Positions 33,735 through 43,032 of a DNA stretch of 43,550 nt are shown here, one piece after another. The notes below the pieces were generated by a model. It ran no database searches, was not told where the DNA came from, and saw only the letters and a list, made by a program, of their open reading frames with translations. The DNA is from Chlamydiia bacterium. GTDB lineage: Bacteria > Chlamydiota > Chlamydiia > Chlamydiales > Parachlamydiaceae. The stretch lies in assembly GCA_020440465.1 (NCBI GenBank), contig JAGROB010000054.1, positions 1 to 43,550 of the forward strand. The letters run 5' to 3'. Every line of letters begins with the position of its first letter. Position 1 is the stretch's first letter. The position numbers and the translations under genes are program-made.

Positions 33735-33936
33735 AATTTTGCACCTTAAACTGGAGTCTAATTTCTACCAACTTTAAAAAATTCATAGCGCTTAATTATT
33801 TCAGAACTTTTTTAGGTTTTGTAGCTTAAGAATTGAGGAGTCTTTTAGAATTGCCAATAGCCTTTTTAGCGGGGTGACAAGTCACCCCGTCCGAATGCGG
33901 TAACGAGTCACCACACTCCAAATTGGAAACCGTTTA

Positions 33937-35538
33937 CTAAAAAGTGGCGATTTTAGACTCTAGCTCTTGGACACCGGCAGTTAGGCAATCAAGCTTTTCC
34001 TTTTCCTCTGCCAATTGCTGAGAGAGCTCCAAAGCCTTAACCATATCCAGACCCGATCCGCCGGCTTCTTTTTTAAGCTTATCGACAAGCTCTTTTTGGG
34101 CCTTTTTTCGATCACGTCTTTCTTGAAGCAACTCTTTAAGTTGTTTAAGAGCTTTTTGATCGTCTTCCGGCAGATCTAAAAGTAAAGCTTCTTTTTTCTC
34201 TACCAGGATGTCAGCAAGCGGACGGAAGGCTTTCTCTAAAGGAGCTTTATCACGTTTAGGGTAAGAGAGAGAAGCTATCTCCTCAAGAAGCTGATCTCTT
34301 TTAGCTTCGATAGCTTTAATTTCAAGCTTTTCAGACTCATTTACAAGCTGCTCAATCTTTTCAAGGAATTGGCTTAATTCTGCTTGTTTTTCAGCCTCTT
34401 TCTTCTCGGCTTCTTTGAGCCGCTCTTTAGCTTCCTGCTCCGACCTATTGTCGATAAGCGATTTAAATTCAGAGGCTTTTGATCTTAGAACCTGAACTTC
34501 TTCACGTCCCAGCTCTTTATCCCGCATTTCATTGGAAAAATCTTTTAAAGCAGTCTCCGCATTATGGGTAGAAAGCTCGTTGGCCTCGAAGCGGCTTTTA
34601 ATCTCTTCTAAAGTCTTTAAAAGCTCAGCTTCATTAGCTTTAAAGACCTCTCTTTTTTCCTGAAGATGCTTTTTAAACTCTTTTTCTTCGGCTTTAAGCA
34701 TATCCCAGCATTCCGATAAAAGAAGACGACTTTCTTTAAACGTCTGGGCAGAAAGTGTAAAGAATTTTGCCGCCCCTTGAAGCCCTTTGATTTCATCTCT
34801 TAGAAAATGAGGTGACTCAACTACGCCGTTTGCAAAGTATTTTTGTTTAAAAGTTTGAACTCTTTCTTTGAAACGATCGGAAATGTCTTTGATCAACTCC
34901 TTTCTCTGGGGAAAAATGAGATCCCCTACTTTCGACAGTCTTTGAAAAAATTTATTTTTCTGGCGAATTCTCATCTCCAATTTAATTAAATCTTTTCTTA
35001 GGGCATTGACTCTTGATGCGTAGGCATTCAAAAGGTTTAAAGCGCGTTGCTTTGGCTCAAAATAACTTAAGTCAGATTGCAAGAACTTGGAATACTCCGA
35101 AAGATCGAGCTCTGGCTGTAAGGAGATTTCGTTTTCAAGATTTGAACACTCTTCTTCGATCGCTTTAATCGCCAAATCGATCTGCTCCGAGTGAAAAGCG
35201 CTTTGCTCATCCAAAATATCTTTTAAACGTCTGGCTTCTTTGGATAGTTCGCTAAAGCGCTCCCATAGCTGGTTTCTAACGACAGGGTTTTTTACTTCCT
35301 TAAAGAGATCAAGTGCTTTTTTTCGCGCTTCCCAAAACTCTTTAAACTGGGGAGTCTTGTCGTTGGAAAGCAAAGACTCCATAAAGTCCACCAACAGGCG
35401 AGTCTTGTTATCGGGGTCGCTTTCTTTTGCAATCTGGCTGAAAAGGGTGCTAAGATCGGTTGCGGCATCACTCATTTGGATTTCCATCGTAGGGTCAGAA
35501 ATTTTTAAATTACAGTAAGCTAGTGTACCATTGAGCAC
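33937..35538 (-). CDS. Glu/Lys-rich coiled-coil protein, function unknown
   Basis: 533-aa ORF with long heptad-like E/K/L-rich stretches. The ORF-track start is GTG; alternative ATGs at 35487 and 35475 are equally plausible. Confidence 0.6.
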   Translation of the reverse strand: MLNGTLAYCNLKISDPTMEIQMSDAATDLSTLFSQIAKESDPDNKTRLLVDFMESLLSNDKTPQFKEFWEARKKALDLFKEVKNPVVRNQLWERFSELSKEARRLKDILDEQSAFHSEQIDLAIKAIEEECSNLENEISLQPELDLSEYSKFLQSDLSYFEPKQRALNLLNAYASRVNALRKDLIKLEMRIRQKNKFFQRLSKVGDLIFPQRKELIKDISDRFKERVQTFKQKYFANGVVESPHFLRDEIKGLQGAAKFFTLSAQTFKESRLLLSECWDMLKAEEKEFKKHLQEKREVFKANEAELLKTLEEIKSRFEANELSTHNAETALKDFSNEMRDKELGREEVQVLRSKASEFKSLIDNRSEQEAKERLKEAEKKEAEKQAELSQFLEKIEQLVNESEKLEIKAIEAKRDQLLEEIASLSYPKRDKAPLEKAFRPLADILVEKKEALLLDLPEDDQKALKQLKELLQERRDRKKAQKELVDKLKKEAGGSGLDMVKALELSQQLAEEKEKLDCLTAGVQELESKIATF

Positions 35539-35621
35539 CCATTTCCCGAAAGCCCAAAGATATGACCTGCCTCTGCCCTCGAGTTTTGATCTTTGCGAGA
35601 TTCATTTGAAGTGCGGCGACT

Positions 35622-36662
35622 TTAAAGCCCCATTTCGTAGTCTTGCTGGATGATATCCATGACCACTTCGGGATCGTGAAGATCCAGATCGAGCCAACGA
35701 AACATCGACTCTTTTCGAAACCAGGTCAGCTGTCGTTTTGCGTAGTGGCGGGACGCTTTTTTAAACTCCCGCACAAAAGTCTCGAACGCTTCTTTAGACT
35801 GATCGGAATCCAAGTAATCAAGCGTTTGTTTATAGCCGATCGCCTGAGAGGCGGAAGAATTCTTCAAAAGACCTTTTTCTTTCAGGTCCCTTACCTCGTC
35901 TATCAAACCCAATTCAATCATATCGTCGCATCGTTTTTCAATCCGACGGTATAAAATATCTTTAGGACGATGTAAAAACCAGCACCTAAAATCATAATTC
36001 TGGGGCTTTCTTCGCTCTTTCCACGAGTGACGACTGACCTTTTTACCCGTAAGTTGAATAATTTCTAAGGCGCGTACAATTTTTTGACGATCATTTTTCG
36101 TAATCGTATGAGCGTATTCAAGATCGAGCTGTTCGAGCTTCTGGTACATAAATTCGGGGCCCATTCGATCGAACTCTTCTTCGATTTCTTTCCGAAGCTC
36201 CGGAACTGATGGGGGGCCCGATGGGGGACCATAGATTAAAGATCTGAGATAAAAGCCCGACCCGCCCACAACAATCGGCACTTTCCCGTTGGAAAGGACG
36301 TGCATACATGACTGTCTTGCTTCATAGTAAAAATCGACAACATTGAATATCTCGTCCACATTGCGAATATCAAGAAGATGATGGGGAATACTTTGCCGCT
36401 CTTCCAACGTCGCTTTCGCCGTGCCGATATCCATCCCCTTATAGACTTGCATGGAGTCGGCTGTGATGATTTCGCCGTTCATTTGCTCGGCAAGCTCCAT
36501 CCCTAAAGCGGACTTTCCGGTAGCCGTAGGACCCGCAAGAATGATAACCCGTTTTTTATTCTGCTCTAAGGTAGAGGGTATCTCTTTTTCGGCTTGTGTT
36601 GCAAGCCCTGCAAAGATTCGCTCAATTTCATCTTTCTCAATCGAGATTCCGGATAAACCCAA
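35622..36662 (-). CDS. miaA: tRNA dimethylallyltransferase
   Basis: P-loop LAGPTATGKSAL and DSMQVYKGMDIGTAK. TTG is the only in-frame start upstream of the P-loop. Confidence 0.93.
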   Translation of the reverse strand: MGLSGISIEKDEIERIFAGLATQAEKEIPSTLEQNKKRVIILAGPTATGKSALGMELAEQMNGEIITADSMQVYKGMDIGTAKATLEERQSIPHHLLDIRNVDEIFNVVDFYYEARQSCMHVLSNGKVPIVVGGSGFYLRSLIYGPPSGPPSVPELRKEIEEEFDRMGPEFMYQKLEQLDLEYAHTITKNDRQKIVRALEIIQLTGKKVSRHSWKERRKPQNYDFRCWFLHRPKDILYRRIEKRCDDMIELGLIDEVRDLKEKGLLKNSSASQAIGYKQTLDYLDSDQSKEAFETFVREFKKASRHYAKRQLTWFRKESMFRWLDLDLHDPEVVMDIIQQDYEMGL

Positions 36663-36678
36663 CTCTCATCCTTAGGGG

Positions 36679-37026
36679 CTAAAATTTATCGATGGCGTCT
36701 TGTTCTGTCTTGACAAGATCTAATACATGCTCAAAACCCGACATTTTCAAAACATCCAAAACAGGGCCATTAATATCGGATAATATCAGCTTACCCGAAT
36801 AAGATTTTGCTTTTTTTGCCGCGGAAAGAAGCATTCTCATTCCGGCCGAACTAATATATTCAACCTGCTTAAAGTTCAAAAGGAGATTGTATTCTCCCGA
36901 ATCAATGATATCTAAGACTTTTCTTTCCGTATCAGGAGTTGTTACCGCATCCAAACGTCCCTGCAGCTGAAGGACCTGAACCTTCCCTTTTTTTTCAGCT
37001 AAAATACTTACTCCCTCTTCTTGCAC
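36679..37026 (-). CDS. STAS-domain anti-sigma-factor antagonist (RsbV-like)
   Basis: 115 aa. STAS pattern with the phosphorylatable-Ser region YISSAGMRMLL. Confidence 0.85.
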   Translation of the reverse strand: MQEEGVSILAEKKGKVQVLQLQGRLDAVTTPDTERKVLDIIDSGEYNLLLNFKQVEYISSAGMRMLLSAAKKAKSYSGKLILSDINGPVLDVLKMSGFEHVLDLVKTEQDAIDKF

Positions 37027-37047
37027 GGTGAAATGCTCCTACATTTT

Positions 37048-37446
37048 TTAAGTTTCACAACAAACAAAGTCTTCTCGTCGGTCTCTTGATTCATCTACCG
37101 ATTTATCGCCCTGGGTACGTCTGTCGATAAACTGGACTCTCTCAGCGGCTACACGTAGTTTACACCGCTTTTCACCGTCTTTTCCCACCCATGTATCCAA
37201 TTGAAGTCTTCCTTCGACTAAAACAGGCGAAGAACAATCGAGCGACTCGGCAGACATCTCTGCCTGTTTTCCCCAAACCACAACATCGACAAAGCAAACC
37301 TCTTGCTGTTTATCTCCCCCCAGAGTGACAAATTCCCGATTAAGTGCCACTAATAAATCCGTTACGTGTATGCCGTTGGGGGTTTTTCGGAGCTGAGGTT
37401 TTCTTGTCAGTCTTCCTGCGATAATTACTTTGTTCAGTGCTACCAT
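37048..37446 (-). CDS. SSB-like OB-fold protein lacking the canonical acidic C-terminal tip
   Basis: MVALNKVIIAGRLTRKPQLRKTPNG...VVVWGKQAE...VLVEGRLQLDTWVGKDGEKRCKLRVAAERVQFI matches the bacterial SSB OB core. It ends ...RREDFVCCET, with no Gly/Pro linker and no DDD(I/L)PF tail. The ATG at 37446 is preferred over the TTG at 37452. Confidence 0.75.
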   Translation of the reverse strand: MVALNKVIIAGRLTRKPQLRKTPNGIHVTDLLVALNREFVTLGGDKQQEVCFVDVVVWGKQAEMSAESLDCSSPVLVEGRLQLDTWVGKDGEKRCKLRVAAERVQFIDRRTQGDKSVDESRDRREDFVCCET

Positions 37447-37513
37447 GTTCAATCAGATCCCTGTCAGATGCGGTTAATGAGTTTAAGTCGTTGAAGCTAT
37501 CATAAAAACAAGT

Positions 37514-37831
37514 TTACTGGCTACTTTCTTTCAACCAATTCAAGTAAGCCTCACTCCCCCCTTCAATCGTCTTGTACAAGACCTCCGGGATGTCGTACTT
37601 GCTGTTTTGTTCAATCACTTTTAAAATCTTTTCAAAGTTACCTTTTAAAGCTTTAAAGACCACTTTGCTTTCTTGCTCTGATTCAAGCTGGCCATCCAAT
37701 AAATAGATCGACTCGATCCACGGAATAATTTTTGCGGAAGCAATCCATTTTTCCTGAACCAGGTATCTCGATACTTTTCTGGCCTCGTCAATGGAACCGG
37801 CGGCCCAGCTTATTTCAATAATCTCCGTCAT
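37514..37831 (-). CDS. cutA: Divalent-cation tolerance protein CutA
   Basis: 105 aa. CutA1 pattern (...ARKVSRYLVQEKWIASAKIIP.IESIY...G...E..E...V.K). Confidence 0.8.
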   Translation of the reverse strand: MTEIIEISWAAGSIDEARKVSRYLVQEKWIASAKIIPWIESIYLLDGQLESEQESKVVFKALKGNFEKILKVIEQNSKYDIPEVLYKTIEGGSEAYLNWLKESSQ

Positions 37832-38540
37832 AAAGCAAAATTCCTTCTATTCTCAAGTCAACTTGAGCTCCCGGTTTCGGGTGGATTTTAAAAAACTTTT
37901 CAAGTCCCGAGGCTAAAAAGTCGGGGTTCAGCCGTCCAAAGGCGCCGTCAGCTTGTATAATCACTTCTCTTTCGCCTAAAGATGAAGCATTGGCCTTCGT
38001 TACATCAATCGTCTGAACCCGGTCCAGCACTTGGGCTTCACTCAGCCATTCCAAGACACTTTTAGCTATCTTGAAGTTTTCTTTTTTTCCGGTAAACAGT
38101 TTTGGAAGCTTTTTTGGAGTATAAAAGGGGCTCAAGGGAAAAACATTGCCGTGAATATCGAGACCCATATTTTTCCTTTCCCCCAAAAAAGCGATCGGTT
38201 CTCTCATCTCCGACCAAATAACAAGCTGGGAAGGAGGCTCGATGGATACCTTTACACGGTTTAAAACGAGCTTCTTTTTTAAGATTTTATGGATTTGCTT
38301 CAAGTCTAAAGCAAAAAGATTTACCGGTTTATCGACCGAAAAATTCAGCCATTCGGAAATGATTTCGGGTCTTAAAAGCTCACCTTTGGAAGTTTCCGAC
38401 TTAATCTTCGTAAGACGATATTTGGGGTCGAGCTTCTTTTGACGGGTAAGCTCTTTCATATAATAAAAGCCGCCCCACAAGGGCCCATTGAGAAGCAAGG
38501 TGCTTAAAACAATAATTCCTAATGACTTATACCAGGGCAT
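37815..38540 (-). CDS. ftsQ: Cell division protein FtsQ-like (TM + POTRA)
   Basis: N-terminal TM helix (LGIIVLSTLLLNGPLWGGFYY). POTRA-like segment (...NLFALDLKQIHKILKKKLVLNRVKVSIEPPSQLVIWSEMREPIAFL...GLDIHGNVF). Lies immediately downstream of murC/ddl. Confidence 0.7.
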   Translation of the reverse strand: MPWYKSLGIIVLSTLLLNGPLWGGFYYMKELTRQKKLDPKYRLTKIKSETSKGELLRPEIISEWLNFSVDKPVNLFALDLKQIHKILKKKLVLNRVKVSIEPPSQLVIWSEMREPIAFLGERKNMGLDIHGNVFPLSPFYTPKKLPKLFTGKKENFKIAKSVLEWLSEAQVLDRVQTIDVTKANASSLGEREVIIQADGAFGRLNPDFLASGLEKFFKIHPKPGAQVDLRIEGILLYDGDY

Positions 38541-40893
38541 AGGATTTATTTCTTGCGCGCTTTAAAGCTTGAAGGGCAAGCTGAGTCAAAACGGTTTTAA
38601 AAGAGAGCCCTGATGCACTTAACATTAAAGGAAATAAGCTTATAGGGGTAAATCCCGGTATGGGGTTGATTTCACTGAAATAAATACCCTCTTTCGTCAA
38701 AAACAAATCGACTCTTGCCATCTGGTCACAGCCAATCGCTCGGTAAGTCCTCAATGCGATAGCTTTAACCTCGTTTTTTTCAGCCTCGGATAAATCGGCT
38801 TGAACAGCGGTTTTAAAACTTTCTGCGCCATATTTCTTATCGTAGTCGTAAAACTCTCCTCCCGTCATGACCTCTCCGGGTTCGCTTACGACCCAGGGCC
38901 CTTCGCCGATAATCGCGCACTCAAGCTCCCTTGCTTTTACGCCGTTTTCCACTAAGACTTCATTATCGTACTGAAAGGCCTCTAAAATTTTGGGCTCCAA
39001 GTTTTCTTCATCTAAAACTTTATAAACCCCGATGGAAGAGCCCAGGTGAGTGGCCTTAACGAAAAGAGGATATTTTAGCTTCTCTTTAATCGTCTTTAAA
39101 ATTTCCCCTTTTTCAAGCGCCCACTCGGAGCGAGTAAACGAGACAAAGGGAGTCACTTGAACACCGGCTCTTTCAGCCAGTTTTTTACTCGTCGCTTTAT
39201 TCATCGAAATCGCGCTTGACTCCACATCACAGCCAATATAGGGAAGTTTTAACATCTCGAAAAGTCCCTGGATAGTTCCATCCTCTCCATTGGGGCCGTG
39301 CAGTATGGGAAAGACCAAATCGCAAGCTTTTAGCTCCTGAAAGTCAAAAGGAGCCGGTTTAAACGGCCTTGACTCTAATAGCGCTTTGGCTTGATCTTTT
39401 GAGACCCAAACCCCCTCTTTAGTGATACCAAAAAGCTCTGTCTCGAAAAGTTCGGGGTCTAAATTTTGAATCACGCCTTTAGCGGAAATTAAAGAGATTT
39501 CATGCTCTTCCGACTTTCCTCCGAAAATGCAGCCCATTTTTAGCTTCCGGGGGGTTTTTTCGGAAAAAGCCCCCGCGATTTTACCAATATCCCCCGCTCC
39601 CATGAATACAAGCACCCGGTAAGGTTTAAGGTAAGACTCCGCCACTTTTTCAAGTTGATCAAAAGGGATATATCCCCCCCTTCCGATCACTTGAATCAAC
39701 CGATCGGGATCAACTCCCTCGATCAGTTTTTCCCCGGCGGAATAAATATCGGTAATAAAGACCTCATCCGCTGCTTGAAACGCCTTTTTAGACTCTTTAA
39801 GACAGTCTCTTGTACGGGTATATCGATGGGGCTGATAAAAAACATACAGTTTGTGATGGGGATAAGTCTCTTTAATTGCTTCTAGGGTAGGTTTGATTTC
39901 GGAGGGATGATGGGCGTAATCCTCGATACAAATCGATTCATTGACCTGAAGTTTGATATCCATTCGTCTTTTCGCGCCTTGAAAAATTTGAAGCCCTTTT
40001 CGAATTATGGCCTCTCGAATATTGAGCCGATGCGCCATCGCGATCACCGCCGCGGCATTCAGTGCGTTATGGCGACCAATCAGAGGGATAAATACTTTTT
40101 CAAACTGAAGTTCTTTGCCCTTAAGATCAAACTCCGAGCCCCCTTTAACCGGGATAAAGTTTTCGATTCTGATATCGGCATCCTGAGAAAATCCAACGCT
40201 GACTCCCCTTTTTAAAAGCACGGGGTCGAGCGCTTTGATCCCGGGATCGTCGGCTCCATAGAAAAAAAACCCTTCACATTGGACTTGGGACAACAGTTGA
40301 TTAAAAGAAGTCTTAAGCTTTTCGAAAGTGCCGAAGTGCTCCATATGCTCTTCATCGACGTTCGTAAGAATTAGTCCATAGGGAAAATAGCAGGTATGCG
40401 TTCCGTCGCTTTCATCCCCTTCGGCCACAAAGTACTCCCCCGTGCCCAAAGCCGCATTGGTGCCGTATGTTTTAATCACCCCCCCCACAGCCCAGCTAGG
40501 TGAAAGATTTGCCTCGGTAAGAACCGTAACTAATAAAGAGGATGTGGTCGTTTTACCGTGAGACCCTACGACTAAAAGTCCCTTTTGCTCTTCCATCAAC
40601 TCTTTTAACAGTCTCGAACGATGGATAATTTCATGCTGATCGGCTTTGCAGCCTTTAAGTTCCACATTGTCTTTCGAAATCCCCGTGGAAACAACGACTC
40701 TTCCCCTTTCCGGCAAATTTGTGGGACAATGCCCCTTATTTACTTCTAACCCCAGTGTTTTCATCGACTCGATAAGGGGATTCAAATTTTGATCGCTTCC
40801 GCTAACACTTATCTTTTTTAAAAGGAGTAAACGTGCAAGTGCGCTCATTCCAATGCCGCCAACGCCAATAAAATGTGTTTTAAGAGGCTTCAT
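38527..40893 (-). CDS. murC: Fused UDP-N-acetylmuramate--L-alanine ligase / D-alanine--D-alanine ligase (MurC-Ddl)
   Basis: Single uninterrupted frame. MurC part has HFIGVGGIGMSALA and VGSHGKTTT. The Ddl part starts near residue 455 (CIFGGKSEEHEISLISA...) with an ATP-grasp C-terminus. The ATG at 40893 (MKPLKTHF...) is preferred over the ORF-track TTG at 40911. Confidence 0.93.
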   Translation of the reverse strand: MKPLKTHFIGVGGIGMSALARLLLLKKISVSGSDQNLNPLIESMKTLGLEVNKGHCPTNLPERGRVVVSTGISKDNVELKGCKADQHEIIHRSRLLKELMEEQKGLLVVGSHGKTTTSSLLVTVLTEANLSPSWAVGGVIKTYGTNAALGTGEYFVAEGDESDGTHTCYFPYGLILTNVDEEHMEHFGTFEKLKTSFNQLLSQVQCEGFFFYGADDPGIKALDPVLLKRGVSVGFSQDADIRIENFIPVKGGSEFDLKGKELQFEKVFIPLIGRHNALNAAAVIAMAHRLNIREAIIRKGLQIFQGAKRRMDIKLQVNESICIEDYAHHPSEIKPTLEAIKETYPHHKLYVFYQPHRYTRTRDCLKESKKAFQAADEVFITDIYSAGEKLIEGVDPDRLIQVIGRGGYIPFDQLEKVAESYLKPYRVLVFMGAGDIGKIAGAFSEKTPRKLKMGCIFGGKSEEHEISLISAKGVIQNLDPELFETELFGITKEGVWVSKDQAKALLESRPFKPAPFDFQELKACDLVFPILHGPNGEDGTIQGLFEMLKLPYIGCDVESSAISMNKATSKKLAERAGVQVTPFVSFTRSEWALEKGEILKTIKEKLKYPLFVKATHLGSSIGVYKVLDEENLEPKILEAFQYDNEVLVENGVKARELECAIIGEGPWVVSEPGEVMTGGEFYDYDKKYGAESFKTAVQADLSEAEKNEVKAIALRTYRAIGCDQMARVDLFLTKEGIYFSEINPIPGFTPISLFPLMLSASGLSFKTVLTQLALQALKRARNKSYALV

Positions 40894-41938
40894 GAATAAA
40901 CTCCCGAACAATCTCTAAAAGGGTTTTTGAAGGGTGCTTTTCTTTAAATCGCCGGGCTTTTTCTCTTCTTAGATTTCCCGAAAGCAAAACCGACATCAAC
41001 ATCTTCGATAATTTATCGGGGTCGATCCGTGCCTCCGTAAGCATTTCTATCAATCCGGAATGAAGCATCGCTTTGGCGTTTTCTTCCTGGTGGTTGTCAG
41101 CGGAAGAGGGAAACGGGACCACGACTCCCGGCACTTCAAAGACAAGCTGCTCTCTTAAAGAGACGGCTCCGGCACGCGTCAAAGCGATGTCTGCTACAAG
41201 CCAGGCATAATGCATTTTCTCTTCAAAGGGCTTGACTTGAGCTTTTTTACCCTCTTTTTGATACACCGCTTTTAAATTTTCAGCCGCTCCTTGAGAGCCG
41301 GCAATATGCACGATCTGAATTCCGGCGGGAAGTCTTTTAAGCGCTTTGGGAGCGATTTCATTTAAAAACTTAGCACCCTGAGAACCCCCTACAATCAGCA
41401 AAACAGGGTGATCTTCACTAAGACCGAAGTAGGCTAAAGCTTCTTTTTTTTGAAGCCCCTCTTTTTGAAAGTTTTCTCTTAAAGGCATCTCGCCTAAAAG
41501 CGTTGCCCCCTTGATATGTTTTGCCGCTTCCGGATAGTGAACCGCCGTGAGTTTAGCATACGGAGAAAACCAGCGAATCACTTTTCCGGGGTACGCGTCT
41601 GCTGCCCAAAGCACAAGGGGCACTTTTTTAAGCTTTGCCGCAAGCAACAGGGGAAAACTTGTAAAACTACCGAAACCGACGACAAGGTCGGGCTTAAAAC
41701 AATTAATCAATTTTAAACTTTCATAAGTCCCTTTGCCGACGTAGGGAAGCCCCTTGAATCCGGGACGAGAGGTGACTTCTTGAAAAGGGAGCTCATCTTG
41801 TCCAAAAAAAGAGCTGTTTTTAAGTTTAGCACCGGCAACCAGCACTTCAATTCCCTCTTTTTTAAGCTGGCTTGCCAGCACAAGAGAAGGAAACAAGTGC
41901 CCGCCGGTTCCTCCGGAAGCTATCAACACTCTTGCCAT
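40880..41938 (-). CDS. murG: UDP-GlcNAc:lipid I N-acetylglucosaminyltransferase MurG
   Basis: N-terminal IASGGTGGHLFP and GT28 architecture. 352 aa. Confidence 0.93.
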   Translation of the reverse strand: MARVLIASGGTGGHLFPSLVLASQLKKEGIEVLVAGAKLKNSSFFGQDELPFQEVTSRPGFKGLPYVGKGTYESLKLINCFKPDLVVGFGSFTSFPLLLAAKLKKVPLVLWAADAYPGKVIRWFSPYAKLTAVHYPEAAKHIKGATLLGEMPLRENFQKEGLQKKEALAYFGLSEDHPVLLIVGGSQGAKFLNEIAPKALKRLPAGIQIVHIAGSQGAAENLKAVYQKEGKKAQVKPFEEKMHYAWLVADIALTRAGAVSLREQLVFEVPGVVVPFPSSADNHQEENAKAMLHSGLIEMLTEARIDPDKLSKMLMSVLLSGNLRREKARRFKEKHPSKTLLEIVREFIHEAS

Positions 41939-43032
41939 TGATTCTCTCCTATGCTCAATAAAAGAGCGATTTCAGAAAAATTAGCCATTAACGAGGTTCC
42001 TCCTTGGCTAAAGAGCGGCAGGTTAAGTCCCGTGGAGGGCAAAAGCCCCGAAACAACCCCCATATTTAAAAACGCCTGAAACGATATCAAAAAAACGATC
42101 AATAGCGCGATCACTGCCCCCTCTTGAACAGGGGATAAAAAAGCAATTTTGAATCCAGACAAAAGAAGGGTTAAATAAAGCAAAATCAGAGCTAAAACTC
42201 CCGCAAAACCAAATTCTTCGGCCCAAATCGCGGCGATATAGTCGTTTTGCGCTTCGGGAAGATAGGAAAGCTTCTGCAGACTTTTAGCCGCCCCTTTTCC
42301 GAATAACCCCCCTGATCCGGCGGCGATCTTTGCCTGGTAGGGTTGATGCCCTTTGCCTCTTAAATCAAGCTCAGGGTGAAGGTAAACCTGGAGACGTCTA
42401 GTTACATAAGGCAGCTGAGAGGCAAAAACGCCCCCAATAATAAGCATTCCCAAAAGAGGAAAAGCCCAAAACTTTAAGGGAACCTTTACCAAAAAAAAGA
42501 CAACGACCAAAACCGAAAGCGTGACTAGAGCCGTACCGTTGTTCGGCTCCACCATGATTAATACAATCGGAATAAGTGTAACGGCTAATAATTTAAGAAA
42601 AAAAAGGAGATTTTTCTCCCCTTTGGCGTGTTGCCATCCGTAAAAAAAATAAAGCGGCACAATAAATTTCGCAAACTCCGACGGCTGAAAAGAAAACCCC
42701 CCAAGAGAAAGCCAACGTCTCGATCCGTTGACGACCTTACCCACGCCGGGGATTAATACCAGCGTTAAAAGAACCACGATACCAAGCATGATCCAGGGAG
42801 TGCTTTCATAAACTCTAACCCAGCCCAGACGATATACGCCCACGGCCAAAAGAGCGGCGGCACCCGAAAAAAGGATTTGTTTTAGGAGCTGAGAACTTAA
42901 TCCCTGAACCTTCGCGTGATCTAAAGCATCAGCCGAAGTCGTGGAAAAGATCATTACAAGACCCAAAGTAAAGATGACCAGCGCCGCCATAAGCAAAAGG
43001 ACGCCAGGTCGAATCTTTAGTGCGGAGATCAT
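41923..43032 (-). CDS. ftsW: SEDS-family peptidoglycan polymerase FtsW/RodA
   Basis: 369 aa, about 10 TM helices. SEDS motifs (RRWLSLGGFSFQPSEFAK, PEAQNDYI). Its position in the dcw cluster favours FtsW. Confidence 0.88.
   Translation of the reverse strand: MISALKIRPGVLLLMAALVIFTLGLVMIFSTTSADALDHAKVQGLSSQLLKQILFSGAAALLAVGVYRLGWVRVYESTPWIMLGIVVLLTLVLIPGVGKVVNGSRRWLSLGGFSFQPSEFAKFIVPLYFFYGWQHAKGEKNLLFFLKLLAVTLIPIVLIMVEPNNGTALVTLSVLVVVFFLVKVPLKFWAFPLLGMLIIGGVFASQLPYVTRRLQVYLHPELDLRGKGHQPYQAKIAAGSGGLFGKGAAKSLQKLSYLPEAQNDYIAAIWAEEFGFAGVLALILLYLTLLLSGFKIAFLSPVQEGAVIALLIVFLISFQAFLNMGVVSGLLPSTGLNLPLFSQGGTSLMANFSEIALLLSIGENQWQEC

Noticed and set aside
33871-33888. GGGGTGAC-AA-GTCACCCC hairpin downstream of the coiled-coil gene, considered as a terminator
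   Set aside because: It is not followed by a T/U-run on the minus (transcribed) strand and the loop is very small. It is too weak to call.
38031-38442. Two plus-strand ORFs (77 and 66 aa) inside ftsQ
   Set aside because: They are antisense shadow ORFs with no motifs.
39655-40215. Two plus-strand ORFs (76 and 102 aa) inside murC-ddl
   Set aside because: They are antisense to a confidently identified fusion gene.
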